DNA of 64,000 bases from Eledone cirrhosa (Eukaryota), in NCBI GenBank assembly GCA_964016885.1, contig OZ024741.1, positions 307,086,001 through 307,150,000 of the forward strand, written 5' to 3'. Shown piece by piece: positions 1 to 17,717 of the stretch (positions are counted from its first letter, which is position 1; each line of letters opens with the position of its first letter). The notes beneath the pieces are model-generated. The model saw nothing but the letters and a program-made list of their open reading frames with translations. It made no database searches and was not told where the DNA came from. Position numbers and translations under genes: made by a program.

Positions 1-371
1 AGTGAGCAAAGGCACTGCACAAAGCCAGTCCCACTCTCTTAACCAAGATAATATTTACCAAAAAGAAGAACAAGTCAACATCATTGGATACCATCAGGGT
101 TGCAGGTGTTATATCAGAGTTTTCCTTCTCCTAGAATTCTGCCTTGACAAAGGCTAAGGGGTCATTTCTCCCAGTGATTTTGGATGGCCATTGACTCTAA
201 AGAGCTCCTTTGCCCTTTGACAGGTTTTGTTTTTAGTCCTGCAGGATGTCCAAAGTCACCCTCCTCGCCAAGAAACCTTGGTGGGGTTGCCAGTTTAGTC
301 GCCAACGACCCGACCATGGGACAGGTTGTACTGGGATACATGTTACCAGTAGCACCAACTGGTGACCTGAC
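1..371 (-). mobile_element. Probable 5' region of an RTE-group LINE running off the left edge
   Basis: Minus strand has ...CTAGGAGAAGGAAAACTCTGA, a motif I associate with RTE/RTEX 5' regions, and begins with a GC-rich structured block next to a TA tract; no ORF support inside the window. Confidence 0.35.
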
Positions 372-1179
372 ACAATATATATATATACATATATACATAC
401 ATACATATACTATATATATATATTTATATAAACATAAAAAAATATATTCTAAAAACTTTTTTCTCTTTTTTTTTTTTTTACTTATTTCATTTGTATCTCT
501 TGGCAATTGTACTAGAATGATCTTCACTGCCTACCTTTATTTGATGCAAATATCCACCTCATTACAGGTAGGCAGATATCTTTGTTACTCCTGGACAAAT
601 ATTTGGTGCAGATATCAAGGACTGAAGAACAGTATATATAGTGGAAATTAGATGTGTTTATATATATATATATATATATATATAATGTCGTTCTGAGGTA
701 AAATCCGTTAAGTTACGATCCAGAATTATTTAAAAACAAAAAGAAATCTGTTTTGTTATACATGTTTCGGTCTATTTAGGTTCAGAGTTCCCAAACATAT
801 ATAGTGGACATTTGGCCTGTATCAAGCCAAGGAGAAGATGTCGGGAAACAACAATAACAACAAAAAGTACCCGAAATAATACAATAGGTACCCAGTTCTG
901 TATTCTCCATGAACCATGAAAATTTCCTTGTCAAGTACATATCACTTATTAAGTCTTTACAGCTCATTCATTAAGCAAGAGGCGTTGAAAACAGTGGGCT
1001 ATCTTTACAAACATTTGATTCAATCTCCAGACCTTTTTTTTTTATACCTGGCTCAATTTTTTTACTCAATGTCCTGCTGACCATTTTTTAAATATTCAGC
1101 TCAATGTCTTTTTATCCGGCTCAATTTAATTTTCTGCTCAACTAATATCGAGGCGTTTTTTTATTTGGCTAAAACTCAA

Positions 1180-1768
1180 TATATATACATACATACATAC
1201 ATATATACATACATACATACACACATACATACATACATACATATATACATACATATACACATACATACATACACACATACATACATACATATATACATAC
1301 ATACATACATACACACATACATACATATATACATACATACATATATACATACATACATACACACATACATACATATATATATACAAACATATACATATAC
1401 ATACATATACATATACATACATATACACATACATACATATACATATACATACATACACATATACATACATACATACATACACACATACATACATATACAT
1501 ATACATACATATACACATACATACATACACACATACATACATATATACATACATACATACATACACATATACATACATACATACATACATACCCATATAT
1601 ATAAACATACATACATATATACACACATATATATATAAACACACACACATATATATATAAACACACACACACATATATATAAACACACACACATATATAT
1701 ATATATATACATACATACATACATACATACAGACACACACATATATAAATACATACACACACACACAA
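1180..1768. repeat. (TACA)n/(TA)n/(CA)n compound microsatellite
   Basis: Directly visible. Confidence 0.97.
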
Positions 1769-2579
1769 CTATATCAAATCATTTTGTTACAAGCTGCAGC
1801 ATGTCTCAATCTTTTGATATTGTCAAACACGTGCATCAGGCTATTTAGTTATTAAATATAAAATGAAGGTGAGAATTTTCAAATAATAAAATTAAGGCAA
1901 AGTTGTTTTTGAATGTTATAAATCTCAAATAAGAAGTTTAATTACATCTATAATGTTTAAATTTTGAAAATATTGGTTTAGAAGGGGGAAAAATATTAAA
2001 GGAGTTGATGTGTTTTAGATAAGGTATTTTATGATGTTCAAATGTTTCTGTGTGTACCCAGCTTAGAACAGATACACTGTATGCCATGCCACATGTGGCA
2101 ACTAAAATGGTTGACATTACCTCAGAAAGAACCTCGGGTCATGGAGCTGCCAATGCAAACACCAACTTTAGTGGAAAATATGGCTTCGAAACGTTTGAGT
2201 GTGTGTGTGAGAGAATGTGTGGTGCTCAAATTTTTTTTTAAATGTTTTTTTTCTTCTTATCTTGAAAGAAAAAAAATTTTTTTTTAACGTTGAAAGAATT
2301 GTTAGTAAATATCAATGGGGCATAGTTTAGGTTGAGGGAGAAAAAGAGAGAGAGAAACAAAGAAAGGGATCTTTTATGTTTTTATTCTCTCTATTAAATC
2401 CATAAATGCGAAGCATACAATATCTTTGAAGGTGTATCCTCAAACAATCATATTGTATCCAGCAAGTTCCAGTTGAATTTCCGGGCAAACAAAAAGAAGA
2501 ACCCAAATAAACAACCATATGATTGGAAGAAGTTATCACTCAATTCAGCATTACTCTTCGCAACCGCTTGGAGCAACTT

Positions 2580-3310
2580 CAAAATCATGACATACCTCTA
2601 TTTGCAGACAAAGTTGCAGATGCCAAAAAACTCCTGCATGGGCTCGAGCAGTCTTTTGCCATGATAGGATCGTATGTGAACACAAAGAAGACAGAAGTCA
2701 TGAACTTCGATGAGAATGGTGAAGTGAAAGTCTCGAATGGAAAACCTCTAAAAGACATTGAAAGATTTACCTCTCTTGGAAGTGATATTTCATCCACTGA
2801 GAAAGACATAACTGTACGGAAAACTAAAGCATGGGAGTGCTCTCGATATTCTCAGGTCAATCTAAAGTCCTCCCTACCAAACAAAATGTAGTTGAGTCGG
2901 CTTTTTTGTATGGCTCCTTAACATGGACAATGAAACAAAGATTAAAGAACAAGCTTGATAGAACATACACCTGAATGCTGTGTGTAGTGTTGAAAAGGTC
3001 CTGGAAGCAGCATTCCTTGAAAGAAGAGCTATATGGACAGATCCTTCCTATATCAGTTTTAGTTAGGGTAAGAAGGATGAGATATGCTGGGCACTGCTAT
3101 CAAACCAAAGAGAAGCTTGTCAGCAGTCTTCTTTTGTGGGTGCCAGCCCATGGACAATCTCACATCAGGCATGTTCGGATGACTTATATCGACCAACTGA
3201 CTAATGATGTTGGTTTGACAATCGAAGACCTGAAAATAGCAATGGAGGACAGGGATATCTGGAGAGGGAGAAGGGAGTTGGTACCAGCAATTTGTCTGAT
3301 CCAATATTGA
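2580..3310 (+). pseudogene. RTE/RTEX-group LINE reverse transcriptase C-terminal remnant
   Basis: LFADK (YADD site), VNTKKTEVM, FTSLGS, then RRMRYAGHC...LLLW.P...TYIDQL...AMEDRDIWR; stops and frameshifts. Confidence 0.8.
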
Positions 3311-3674
3311 ATTTTCATCTAAAGCCCTTAAAAACTGGCCAGTACCCAAGTTTCAAATCAGTTGCAATGTCCAGGGTACAAACAATGTGACGAAAGAATT
3401 GACACCAAGAAATAATGTGTTTTTAAGTGGCTAAAATGACTCTTCCATGATGTAATTGCTTTAGTTGCAACATCTTCACATACTTTTTTAAAATACAAAT
3501 GTAGTTTTAAGAGATAGATTTATTCATTTTGTTATCTATCCCCACTCAAAAAAATTCATTGTACATCAAAACCTCTGAATTTATCACCTAAATTTACAAA
3601 TAATCCCTAACAAATGCACCCAACTAATTTACTAAGAACTTTACTAAAATAATCATCAAACATTCATTTCATAG

Positions 3675-3742
3675 TCAACAACCAAACACTCTAAAGTGGT
3701 TGGTGTTAAGGAGGGCAACCAGTCATAGAAACCATACCAAAA
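3675..3742 (+). mobile_element. Short degenerate RTE 3'-UTR fragment
   Basis: GTGGTTGGTGTTAAGGAGGGCAACCAGTCATAGAAACC resembles 12811-12849. Confidence 0.55.
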
Positions 3743-3747
3743 TATGG

Positions 3748-3953
3748 ATATATATATACATACATATATATATATACATACATATATATATATACATACA
3801 TATAGATATATAAATACATACATATATATATATACATACATATATATATATACATACATATATATACATATATATATATACATACATATATATACATATA
3901 TATATATATATACATATATATATACATACATATATATATATACACATATATAC

Positions 3954-3996
<43 letters not shown>

Positions 3997-4055
3997 TATA
4001 CATACATATATATATATATATACATATATATACATAGATATATATATATACATAC

Positions 4056-4088
<33 letters not shown>

Positions 4089-4094
4089 CATATG

Positions 4095-4132
<38 letters not shown>

Positions 4133-4140
4133 CATACATA

Positions 4141-4172
<32 letters not shown>

Positions 4173-4189
4173 CATATATATATATATAC

Positions 4190-4238
<49 letters not shown>

Positions 4239-4259
4239 TATACATACATATATATATAC

Positions 4260-4290
<31 letters not shown>

Positions 4291-4353
4291 CATATATATA
4301 CATACATATATATATATATACATATATATACATAGATACATATATATACATAC

Positions 4354-4420
<67 letters not shown>

Positions 4421-4446
4421 CATATATATTATATACATATATATAT

Positions 4447-4493
<47 letters not shown>

Positions 4494-4494
4494 C

Positions 4495-4547
<53 letters not shown>

Positions 4548-4555
4548 CATACATA

Positions 4556-4615
<60 letters not shown>

Positions 4616-4632
4616 CATATATATATATATAC

Positions 4633-4695
<63 letters not shown>

Positions 4696-4702
4696 TATAT
4701 AC

Positions 4703-4751
<49 letters not shown>

Positions 4752-4872
4752 CATATATATACATACATATATATATACATATACATATATACATATATAT
4801 ATATATATACATATATATACATACATATATATATATATACATATATATACATAGATATATATATATACATAC

Positions 4873-4957
<85 letters not shown>

Positions 4958-4968
4958 CATATATATAT

Positions 4969-5029
<61 letters not shown>

Positions 5030-5030
5030 C

Positions 5031-5061
<31 letters not shown>

Positions 5062-5131
5062 CATATATATATATATACATATATATATATACATATATAT
5101 ATATATATCATATATATATATATATATATAT
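3748..5131. repeat. Degenerate (TA)n array with TACA variants
   Basis: Directly visible. Confidence 0.97.
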
Positions 5132-5377
5132 AAAAACAAATAACGAAACGAAGTTAAATTTCGTTTCGCTTCTAACTCACTTTTGTATGACTGACGCTTA
5201 AACAATTAAGTTAAAGTGTACATCTACATATGTATACGGAAGTATTAGTATGCATATAAATACACACATGTATACATATGTACATGTACTCAGCTTTTCA
5301 CTAGACACTTTACAGTGAGTGTCAGCTAGTCTGTATGTAACCACACAGACGGACCGGGTTTTAGATGTACACTTTAA

Positions 5378-5491
<114 letters not shown>

Positions 5492-5544
5492 TATACATAT
5501 ATATATATACATATATATATATTTATACATATATATATATATAC

Positions 5545-5593
<49 letters not shown>

Positions 5594-5624
5594 CATATAT
5601 ACATATATATATATATATATGTAC

Positions 5625-5657
<33 letters not shown>

Positions 5658-5676
5658 CATGTATATATATATATAC

Positions 5677-5725
<49 letters not shown>

Positions 5726-5763
5726 CATCTATATATATATACATATATATATATATATTTACA

Positions 5764-5835
<72 letters not shown>

Positions 5836-5975
5836 TATACAGATGCATACCTATGCTAGCAAATATATAGGTTTTGTCTTAGCAACTTTGTGGTTCAAGT
5901 CATGGGGATGCAGACAATAATATGAGAGACGTAAAATAAGAAAATTATAAAAATTAACTTACTTACTAAAATTTC

Positions 5976-6057
5976 ACTCCAACTAATTAGTTTCTGAAAG
6001 AGAATAAACATAGTTTCCGAAGAAACGTACGGAGAAGCCTTTCGTCATCAGGGAAGT
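5976..6057 (-). ncRNA. Type I hammerhead ribozyme, family A
   Basis: ACTTCC CTGATGA C-GAAAG...CTTTC-A GAAAC TAATTA GTT GGAGT. Confidence 0.65.
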
Positions 6058-6318
6058 CTATTCTCAGCTAAATTTCCAGGCAATACGTGGACACGGGGAA
6101 CTTATACAAAAATAATTCAGTGGATGGAAAAAAGCAAAGCGTGGACTAAGTTCCAAGCCATTGAAAAAATTACTGCCTACTGCGTCGGTGGCAAATTCAA
6201 AAGAATCAATCACGTTTCTTCGGAAACTATGTTTATTCCCTTATAGAATCTAATTAGTTGGAGTGAAATTTTAGTAAGTAAGTTAAATTTTATAATTTTC
6301 TTATTTTACGTCTCTCTC

Positions 6319-6445
<127 letters not shown>

Positions 6446-6499
6446 TATATATATATACATATATAAATACACACATATATATATATACATATATAAATA

Positions 6500-6533
<34 letters not shown>

Positions 6534-6566
6534 TAAATATATATATATATATACATATATAAATAT

Positions 6567-6624
<58 letters not shown>

Positions 6625-6651
6625 CATATATATACATACATATATATATAC

Positions 6652-6682
<31 letters not shown>

Positions 6683-6745
6683 CATATATATACATACATA
6701 TATAGATATATACATATATATACATAGATATATATATATACATAC

Positions 6746-6828
<83 letters not shown>

Positions 6829-6839
6829 CATATATATAT

Positions 6840-6898
<59 letters not shown>

Positions 6899-6945
6899 CA
6901 TATATATATATATACATATATATATATACATATATATATATATAC

Positions 6946-6994
<49 letters not shown>

Positions 6995-7235
6995 CAAATA
7001 ACGAAACGAAATTAAATTTCGTTTCGCTTCTAACGCACTTTTGTATGACTGACGCTTAAACAATTAAGTTAAAGTGTACATCTACATATGTATACGGAAG
7101 TATTAGTATGCATATAAATACACACATGTATACATATGTACATGTACTCAGCTTTTCACTAGACACTTTACAGTGACTGTCAGCTAGTCTGTATGTAACC
7201 ACACAGACGGACCGGGTTTTAAATGTACACTTTAA

Positions 7236-7311
<76 letters not shown>

Positions 7312-7378
7312 TATATACATATATATATATACATATATATATATTTATACATATATATATATATACATATATATATAC

Positions 7379-7443
<65 letters not shown>

Positions 7444-7445
7444 CA

Positions 7446-7479
<34 letters not shown>

Positions 7480-7498
7480 CATGTATATATATATATAC

Positions 7499-7547
<49 letters not shown>

Positions 7548-7551
7548 CATC

Positions 7552-7582
<31 letters not shown>

Positions 7583-7589
7583 TTACATA

Positions 7590-7651
<62 letters not shown>

Positions 7652-7797
7652 CATATATATACAGATGCATACCTATGCTAGCAAATATATAGGTTTTGTC
7701 TTAGCACCTTTGTGGTTCAAGTCATTGGGATGCAGACAATAATATGAGAGACGTAAAATAAGAAAATTATAAAAATTAACTTACTTACTAAAATTTC

Positions 7798-7879
7798 ACT
7801 CCAACTAATTAGTTTCTGAAAGAGAATAAACATAGTTTCCGAAGAAACGTACGGAGAAGCCTTTCGTCATCAGGGAAGT
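7798..7879 (-). ncRNA. Type I hammerhead ribozyme, family A (duplicate)
   Basis: Same as 5976-6057, offset 1822. Confidence 0.65.
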
Positions 7880-8132
7880 CTATTCTCAGCTAAATTTCCA
7901 GGCAATACGTGGACACGGGGAACTTATACAAAAATAATTCAGTGGATGGAAAAAAGCAAAGCGTGGACTAAGTTCCAAGCCATTGAAAAAATTACTGCCT
8001 ACTGCGTCGGTGGCAAATTCAAAAGAATCAATCACGTTTCTTCGGAAACTATGTTTATTCCCTTATAGAATCTAATTAGTTGGAGTGAAATTTTAGTAAG
8101 TAAGTTAATTTTTATAATTTTCTTATTTTACG

Positions 8133-9087
<955 letters not shown>

Positions 9088-9126
9088 GATATTAATAAAT
9101 GGAAACTATATTTATAAAACCATATT

Positions 9127-9191
9127 TATTTCATTATACATATTTCAGGGATACCACATTAAATTATGGTATGCCTTCATCAGACAAAATA
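9127..9191 (-). ncRNA. Type I hammerhead ribozyme, family B
   Basis: TATTTTGT CTGATGA AGG-CATACCA...TGGTAT-C-CCT GAAA TATGTA TA ATGAAATA. Confidence 0.75.
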
Positions 9192-9579
9192 CAATATATA
9201 ACAGTTTTAAAAATAGCTTTGACGTACCCTTTTAAAATGCAACCATAACTTTTGGAGGCATATAAATTGTTAACTCAACTTGATATGACATGATGTAAAG
9301 TTATCATTGTCTCCCCCTCTCTCTATATAGTATTTCTCTTTCTTGAGTTTTTCTATCTGTATGATGACTTGATATCTCTCTGTTGCTTTCCTTTGTTTTT
9401 CTTATTTCTTTCTTTCTTTTTTATTTCCTCCTATCTTTATTTATCTCTTTCTTTTCTCCATACATTTCTCTCTCTCCGATATTTCTCCAGGTTTTCTTTC
9501 TCTCTCTCCTTCTTTTTTCTTTTTTCTTTTTCTCCGTCTTTTTCTAATTGTGCTTAACACTATGACTTATTAAAATAAT

Positions 9580-9761
9580 TGTTTCTAATTTAGGCATAAG
9601 GCCAGCAATTATCCAGTGCATTACTGGTTCTTTATTTTATCGACCCCGTAAGGATGAAAGGCAAAGTCAACCTCAGCGGGATTTGAACTCAGATCGTAAA
9701 GGGACGTAACTATGCTGGAAAGCATGGCGTCCGACCCTCTACCGATACTGCCAATCCACCG
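9580..9761 (-). mobile_element. tRNA-derived SINE with Nin-like central domain and 9-bp TSD TAAAATAAT (9571-9579 / 9762-9770)
   Basis: B-box GTTCAAATCC followed by GGTTGACTTTGCCTTTCATCCTTACGGGGTCGATAAAATAAAG; the empty site is visible in the paralog near 38035-38045. Confidence 0.85.
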
Positions 9762-9860
9762 TAAAATAATATAAACAAATCACTATCCAGACAGCCTCCA
9801 AAAGTAATGGTTGCATTTTAAACGGTACGTCAAAGCTATTTGTAAAACTGTTATATATTG

Positions 9861-9925
9861 TATTTTGTCTGATGAAGGCATACCATAATTTAATGTGGTA
9901 TCCCGGAAATATGTATAATGAAATA
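9861..9925 (+). ncRNA. Type I hammerhead ribozyme, family B
   Basis: TATTTTGT CTGATGA AGG...CCG GAAA TATGTA TA ATGAAATA. Confidence 0.7.
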
Positions 9926-10114
9926 AATATGGTTTTATAAATATAGTTTCCATTTATTAATATCGTATATCTATTCCAAAAACTTGTCGAGTGCTTTATA
10001 TCAGTTACAAAAATATTTACTTGTTGTATCCCAACAACTTTAAATAGAACTTTTGCATACATATATATATATATACATATAAACATATATATACATATAT
10101 ATATATATATATAC

Positions 10115-10175
<61 letters not shown>

Positions 10176-10176
10176 C

Positions 10177-10222
<46 letters not shown>

Positions 10223-10224
10223 GC

Positions 10225-10716
10225 CTACATAGTAGGCATCTCTATCAAAACACACCCCCGTCCCACCACCTCCACCCCACCCACACCGCCCCTTTCAATG
10301 TAAAGTTATGTTGGTCCCACAACATCCAGGCCAAAACAAATGAGATCGTGTAGGTGTCACGACAAAAAACACACAGTCCACGCTGTAAATGTGGCCGTGT
10401 AGGCAACACGGTAAAAACCTCCCAGCCCCACACTGTAAATGTGGTTGGTGTTAGGAAGGGCATCCAGCTGTAGAAAACCCGCCAGACAGTCCACGCTGTA
10501 ATGTGGCCGTGTAGGCAACACGGTAAAAACCTCCCAGCCCCACACTGTAAATGTGGTTGGTGTTAGGAAGGGCATCCCACTGTAGAAAACCCGCCAGACA
10601 GTCCTATGCGAGCAAGACAACCACTCTTGCCTCAAGTGGGAAAACCCCCGTCCAAACCCATGCAAGCGTGGAACACGGACGCTAAACCTGATGATGATGA
10701 TGATGATGATGATGAT
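10225..10716 (+). mobile_element. RTE LINE 3' UTR with internal ~125-bp duplication and (TGA)n tail
   Basis: Matches 12597-12968; about 10375-10490 is repeated at about 10490-10600. Confidence 0.85.
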
Positions 10717-10892
10717 ATATATATACATATATATATATACATATATATAGATATATACATATATATATATATACTTATATATATATATATATATAGATAT
10801 ATATATACATATAGATATATATATATATACATATATATATAAATATATACATATATATATACATATATATATATACACATATATATATATAC

Positions 10893-12968
<2,076 letters not shown>

Positions 12969-13064
12969 TATATATATATATATATATATGTAAAGAAAAA
13001 GAGATGAAATCGAAAATGCAACTGGAGTCTTATTTTTTTTAAAAATATATATATTTATTTGGTT

Positions 13065-13102
13065 CCTTTACCGGTTTCGCAGTTCTTCTGATTTTCAAAA
13101 GG
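13065..13102 (-). ncRNA. Minimal hammerhead, U3-A8 core variant (family C)
   Basis: CCTT TTGAAAA TCAG AAGAA CTGC GAAA CCGG TA AAGG. Confidence 0.55.
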
Positions 13103-13146
13103 TGAGTTGAGATGGAGAAAAACAACAGACCCTCCATCTCAACTCA

Positions 13147-13184
13147 CCTTTTGAAAAGCAGAAGAACTGCAAAACCGGTAAAGG
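13147..13184 (+). ncRNA. Minimal hammerhead family C, G12->A damaged copy
   Basis: CCTT TTGAAAA GCAG AAGAA CTGC AAAA CCGG TA AAGG. Confidence 0.45.
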
Positions 13185-13315
13185 AACCAAATAAATATAT
13201 ATATTTAAAAAAAAAATAAGACTCCAGTTGCATTTTCGATTTCATCTCTTTTTCTTTATACTTTCACTCGTGTAGGACACCTCGGTTATTTTTCATTTTG
13301 TAAAAAAAACCTCAC

Positions 13316-13355
<40 letters not shown>

Positions 13356-13357
<2 letters not shown>

Positions 13358-13691
13358 TTCATTCATTTCATTTTACGTCCACTTTTCCCTACTTGCAAGG
13401 GTGGGACGGGAACTGATTCTGGCTTGATTTCTACAGCTGGATGCCCTTCCTAACACCAACCTCATTTACAGTGAGTGCTGGGTGCTTTTTTGCCGTGGCA
13501 CCTCCACGACCACTTTGCAGTGGAATGATAGGGACCCCAGTCCCTATCATCTCATTTCTACAGCTGAGTAAACTGGAGCAATGTGAAATAAAGTGTCTTG
13601 CTCAAGGAAACAACACATCACCCGGTCTGAGAATTGAACTCACAACCTTTTGATTGCAAGGCCAATGCTCTAACCACTAAGCCATGTGCCT
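13356..13691 (-). mobile_element. tRNA-derived SINE (CORE-like middle) with RTE-related 3' tail
   Basis: A-box TGGCTTAGTGG, B-box GTTCAATTCT, TTCCTTGAGCAAGACACTTT, then GTTAGGAAGGGCATCCAGCTGTAGAAA and a (TGAA)n end. Confidence 0.85.
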
Positions 13692-13919
13692 ATATATATA
13701 TACACATATATATATAATATTAAGGATACTATTTATAGTTATGTATATTTTAAACTTTTTATAGTTATGTATATTTTAAACTATAAACAGGGAAGGTCAG
13801 TAATTTATTACTACCTTATTACCAGTAAGATAAATAGCTCAATGTATTAACATCAGTTGTTCTACAGAGCAGTTATATAGAATTCACAAGAATCAAAGCT
13901 ATGTTCAAAGCATTTATTC

Positions 13920-13964
13920 ACTTACAATTGTTTCATCCAAACCGAGGCTTGGTGTGTTCGGAGC
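13920..13964 (-). ncRNA. Hammerhead family D, degenerate copy
   Basis: GCT CCGAACA CACCAAGCC TC GGTTTGGAT GAAAC AATT GTA AGT. Confidence 0.45.
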
Positions 13965-15894
13965 ATTTTTCAATGTTTGTACATATAATTGACTTCCTAT
14001 CCAACACAGGAGACATTCAGATACATATATATATATTGATGTACAGTGGAGTGACATATATTATACTATACTATATTTGTACAGAAATTCAAATTTAAAA
14101 TCAAAATCAAAGTTAAAATTAAAATTAAAATACATGCGAAAGATAACACAGATAATGTAAGGGAATAGTTTGATAATCAAATCTAGTAGATAGTGTATGC
14201 GTTAGTCACACATGGAGCATGCAAGTGTCTCTCATTTATATACGATTATTATGTGGCAAGGTCTTACATGTAATGCAAGCACTTTAAGCGGGTAAGCAAG
14301 AGTATTATGGTGGTTGTAGTGGTAGGGTATTTTTTGTATAGATCAAAAAAGTATGTGTGCAGAAAAGAAAAAGAAAAAGAAAGTTATAGTTTTCGCATCC
14401 ACCACCATTTTCACATTCAGAAAAAGGAAGTTATAGTTTTTACATCCATCACATAAGTTACGATGATTCCGTATTGAATGTTTGATGCAATAAATTATTG
14501 TAGCGTATTGAGGCTCAGTGTTATTTAATCCATATTTATAGAATAGGTTCTTTCTGCTGCGAGAATTTACAGTGGTTTATTACCCGGAAGTAGGTGTGTC
14601 ATTAAGGGGAGTTAATGCGTAAGGGGAGGTAACTAGCTGAGATGTAACTAGCTGATTCTCATAACTAAATTCATTGTTTTAACATACATTATATGGTGCC
14701 TCAATTGAGTCCCTTATATAAAAGGTTATATATTTATATCTAATTTTCAATTTTATATACAGTCTACTCTATCATAATGTATTAAAGGTATCTATAGGAA
14801 GTTGATTACTCTTTATTATACAGTGCTATCATTGAATTTCCCATACAAAATGCCATATCTTTATATCAAAGTTCACTGTAAATACAGTCTACTCTCAAGA
14901 CATATTAGAGGACCTTTTAGAATTTTGTCTACATAACCCCTGGTAAGCTATGAAGCAGCATATGGCTGTTTGCATGACAAAACCAAATACATCTCTTGGG
15001 TAGACAAATACATCACTCATTTACAATGTCATTAATCTATCCATCAAGTTATACATGCATATATAATTCATATATAATTCATTGCACCACCCTACATATA
15101 AGTTAGACAGATCCCTTATGTTAATAAATTAATCCTATATATATCTAATGTTATTACTCCATACATTTAATTACAATTGCATATATAATTCACTGCCGTA
15201 TCTAGTATTTAAAGTTTATATAGCCTGTATTATATTTCTATCGCTATATAATTATAAGTAATTGAAAGTAATTATATTAAAAGTTGGTGTTTGTGGGGAT
15301 ATTTCTAGGGTATAAAGTTATAGATAGATAGAATGATTTGTGTCGAGGGAAGGGTGGATCAGAGAGTGTGATGTAGTGGTGTAATGCATGCCCTTGAGGT
15401 GTGGTGTTAGAAGCGGTGATGGGTTCAAGTCTGACATTGTTATATATTGGGTTTAAAGTTTTGGAAGGAGTGCCGGAAGCGGTGCTGACACAACGCAAAC
15501 ACTTCCGATTTTTTTATTAGGCGGGTTAAGGTTCGAAAAGATTATAGTATGGGTCTCTAGTAGACAGAGGTTACAGAATTTATTAGGTGGTCTGTACGAT
15601 GCCGCCTTACCTATCACTTCCCAATGATGTGTATAAGATCTATTTCTAGTTTTCAGATAGTGTATGTAGCTAGATAGTGAAGTGGAGTTGGCTAGACTGT
15701 GTTTTTTGAAAGAATGGAGATGAGAATTGTATCTGGTTTTGAAGCAGTTCGAAGTAGAGCCTATATAGGTTTCAGAAGAGTTGCTAGTTCTGACCGTGCA
15801 TGAGTAGATGATGTCCTTCATTAAGCAGTTTTTACCTAAAGGGCAGGTTCTATTAGATCTACAGTTACAATTATATGTACAAACATTGAAAAAT

Positions 15895-15939
15895 GCTCCG
15901 AAGACTCCAAGACTAGGTTTGGATGAAACAATTGTAAGT
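15895..15939 (+). ncRNA. Hammerhead family D (C4 core variant)
   Basis: GCT CCGAAGA C-TCCAAG...TTTGGA-T GAAAC AATT GTA AGT. Confidence 0.6.
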
Positions 15940-15985
15940 GAATAAATGCTTTGAACATAGCTTTGATTCTTGTGAATTCTATACA

Positions 15986-16076
15986 TGTATATATATACAT
16001 ATATATACATATATATATATACATATATATATATACAAACACACATATATATATATATATATATACATATATATAC

Positions 16077-16147
<71 letters not shown>

Positions 16148-16234
16148 GATATATATATACATATATATACATATATATACATATATATATATACATATAT
16201 ATATATACATATATACATATACATATATATATAC

Positions 16235-16265
<31 letters not shown>

Positions 16266-16346
16266 CACATATATATATATATATACATATATATACATAT
16301 ATATATACATATATATACATATATATATACATATACATATATATAC

Positions 16347-16379
<33 letters not shown>

Positions 16380-16401
16380 CACATATATATACATATATAT
16401 T

Positions 16402-16436
<35 letters not shown>

Positions 16437-16517
16437 GTATATATATATATGTATATATGTATATATATATGTATATATATATATGTATAAATGTATGTAT
16501 ATATATGTATATATATG

Positions 16518-16552
<35 letters not shown>

Positions 16553-16605
16553 GTGTGTATATATGTATATATATATATATGTATATATATATGTATATAT
16601 ATATG

Positions 16606-16638
<33 letters not shown>

Positions 16639-16807
16639 ATATATATGTATATGCGTGTATATATATATGTATATATATATGTATATATATGTGTATACAC
16701 ATATATATACATATATATATTCACATATATATACATATATATATACCTATATATATACACATGTATATACATATATATATACATATATACATATCTATAT
16801 ACATATA

Positions 16808-16841
<34 letters not shown>

Positions 16842-16884
16842 CATATATATATACATATATATATATATACATATATATACATAC

Positions 16885-16917
<33 letters not shown>

Positions 16918-17165
16918 CATATATATACATATATATACATATATATACATACATATATATATACATATATATATATACATATATATATAGATATATACAT
17001 ATATATATATACATATATATATACATATCTATATATATAGAGATATATATCTAATATATAGATATATATCTATATATATATATATAGATATATATCTATA
17101 TATAGATATATATCTATATATATATATATAGATATATTCTTGCTAAAACAATCTCTATACCTCTC

Positions 17166-17208
<43 letters not shown>

Positions 17209-17210
17209 TA
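15986..17210. repeat. Degenerate (TA)n array with an internal G-variant segment
   Basis: Directly visible; TATG variants at about 16420-16690. Confidence 0.97.
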
Positions 17211-17374
17211 GATAGGTAAATATACACGGGTGTGTATGATTGTGTATAGAAGATTATATTAATAAGAGGAATTCCAACTTTGTCTGATTTACTCGTTTTA
17301 TTTACAATCCTTTAAAATTTATAATGGTATTATAATGAAATAGTATGATAGAATATTAAATTCTAAGTGTTAAT

Positions 17375-17413
17375 TGAACAAGTACTTTCATGCTTTCGCA
17401 ATCTTCAGGTTCA
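17375..17413 (-). ncRNA. Minimal hammerhead family E within an isolated repeat island (17215-17448)
   Basis: TGAAC CTGAAGA T-TGC GAAA GCA-T GAAA GTAC TT GTTCA; island matches 60208-60445. Confidence 0.7.
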
Positions 17414-17550
17414 TAATATGTGGTGACAGTCAAGTTTGCAAATTTCAAATATATACATATATATATATGCAAATTGCAAATATATACATATATATATACA
17501 TATATATATATACATATATATATACATATATATATACATATATACATATC

Positions 17551-17668
<118 letters not shown>

Positions 17669-17717
17669 TATATACATATATATATATAAGCAAATTATAA
17701 ATGTAAACATGTAAGTA

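Larger units (their letters stand above)
9088..10040 (+). mobile_element. ORF-less PLE 3' end (family B) with an inverted pseudo-LTR at the left
   Basis: 9265-10040 without the SINE is the reverse complement of 37748-38420; 9088-9260 is an inverted copy of about 9795-9965; homologous to the 3' ends of the PLEs at 29.5 and 54.8 kb. Confidence 0.75.
12990..13322. mobile_element. ORF-less fold-back (palindromic) pseudo-LTR-like unit, family C
   Basis: About 12991-13117 is inverted at about 13132-13259; same family as 61337-62667. Confidence 0.8.
13720..15985 (-). mobile_element. 5'-truncated PLE (GIY-YIG plus long 3' region) with inverted pseudo-LTR at about 15865-15985
   Basis: 15453-15870 encodes [33 protein letters not shown]; 15865-15985 is inverted relative to about 13875-13990. 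Confidence 0.85.

Noticed and set aside
184-651. 155-aa plus-strand ORF as a host gene
   Set aside because: Runs through repeat antisense, a TA tract and poly-T; no recognisable domain
745-800. GAAACATGTA half-hammerhead (minus) and nearby 61-aa ORF
   Set aside because: No CTGANGA partner or helix I closure; ORF similarity too weak
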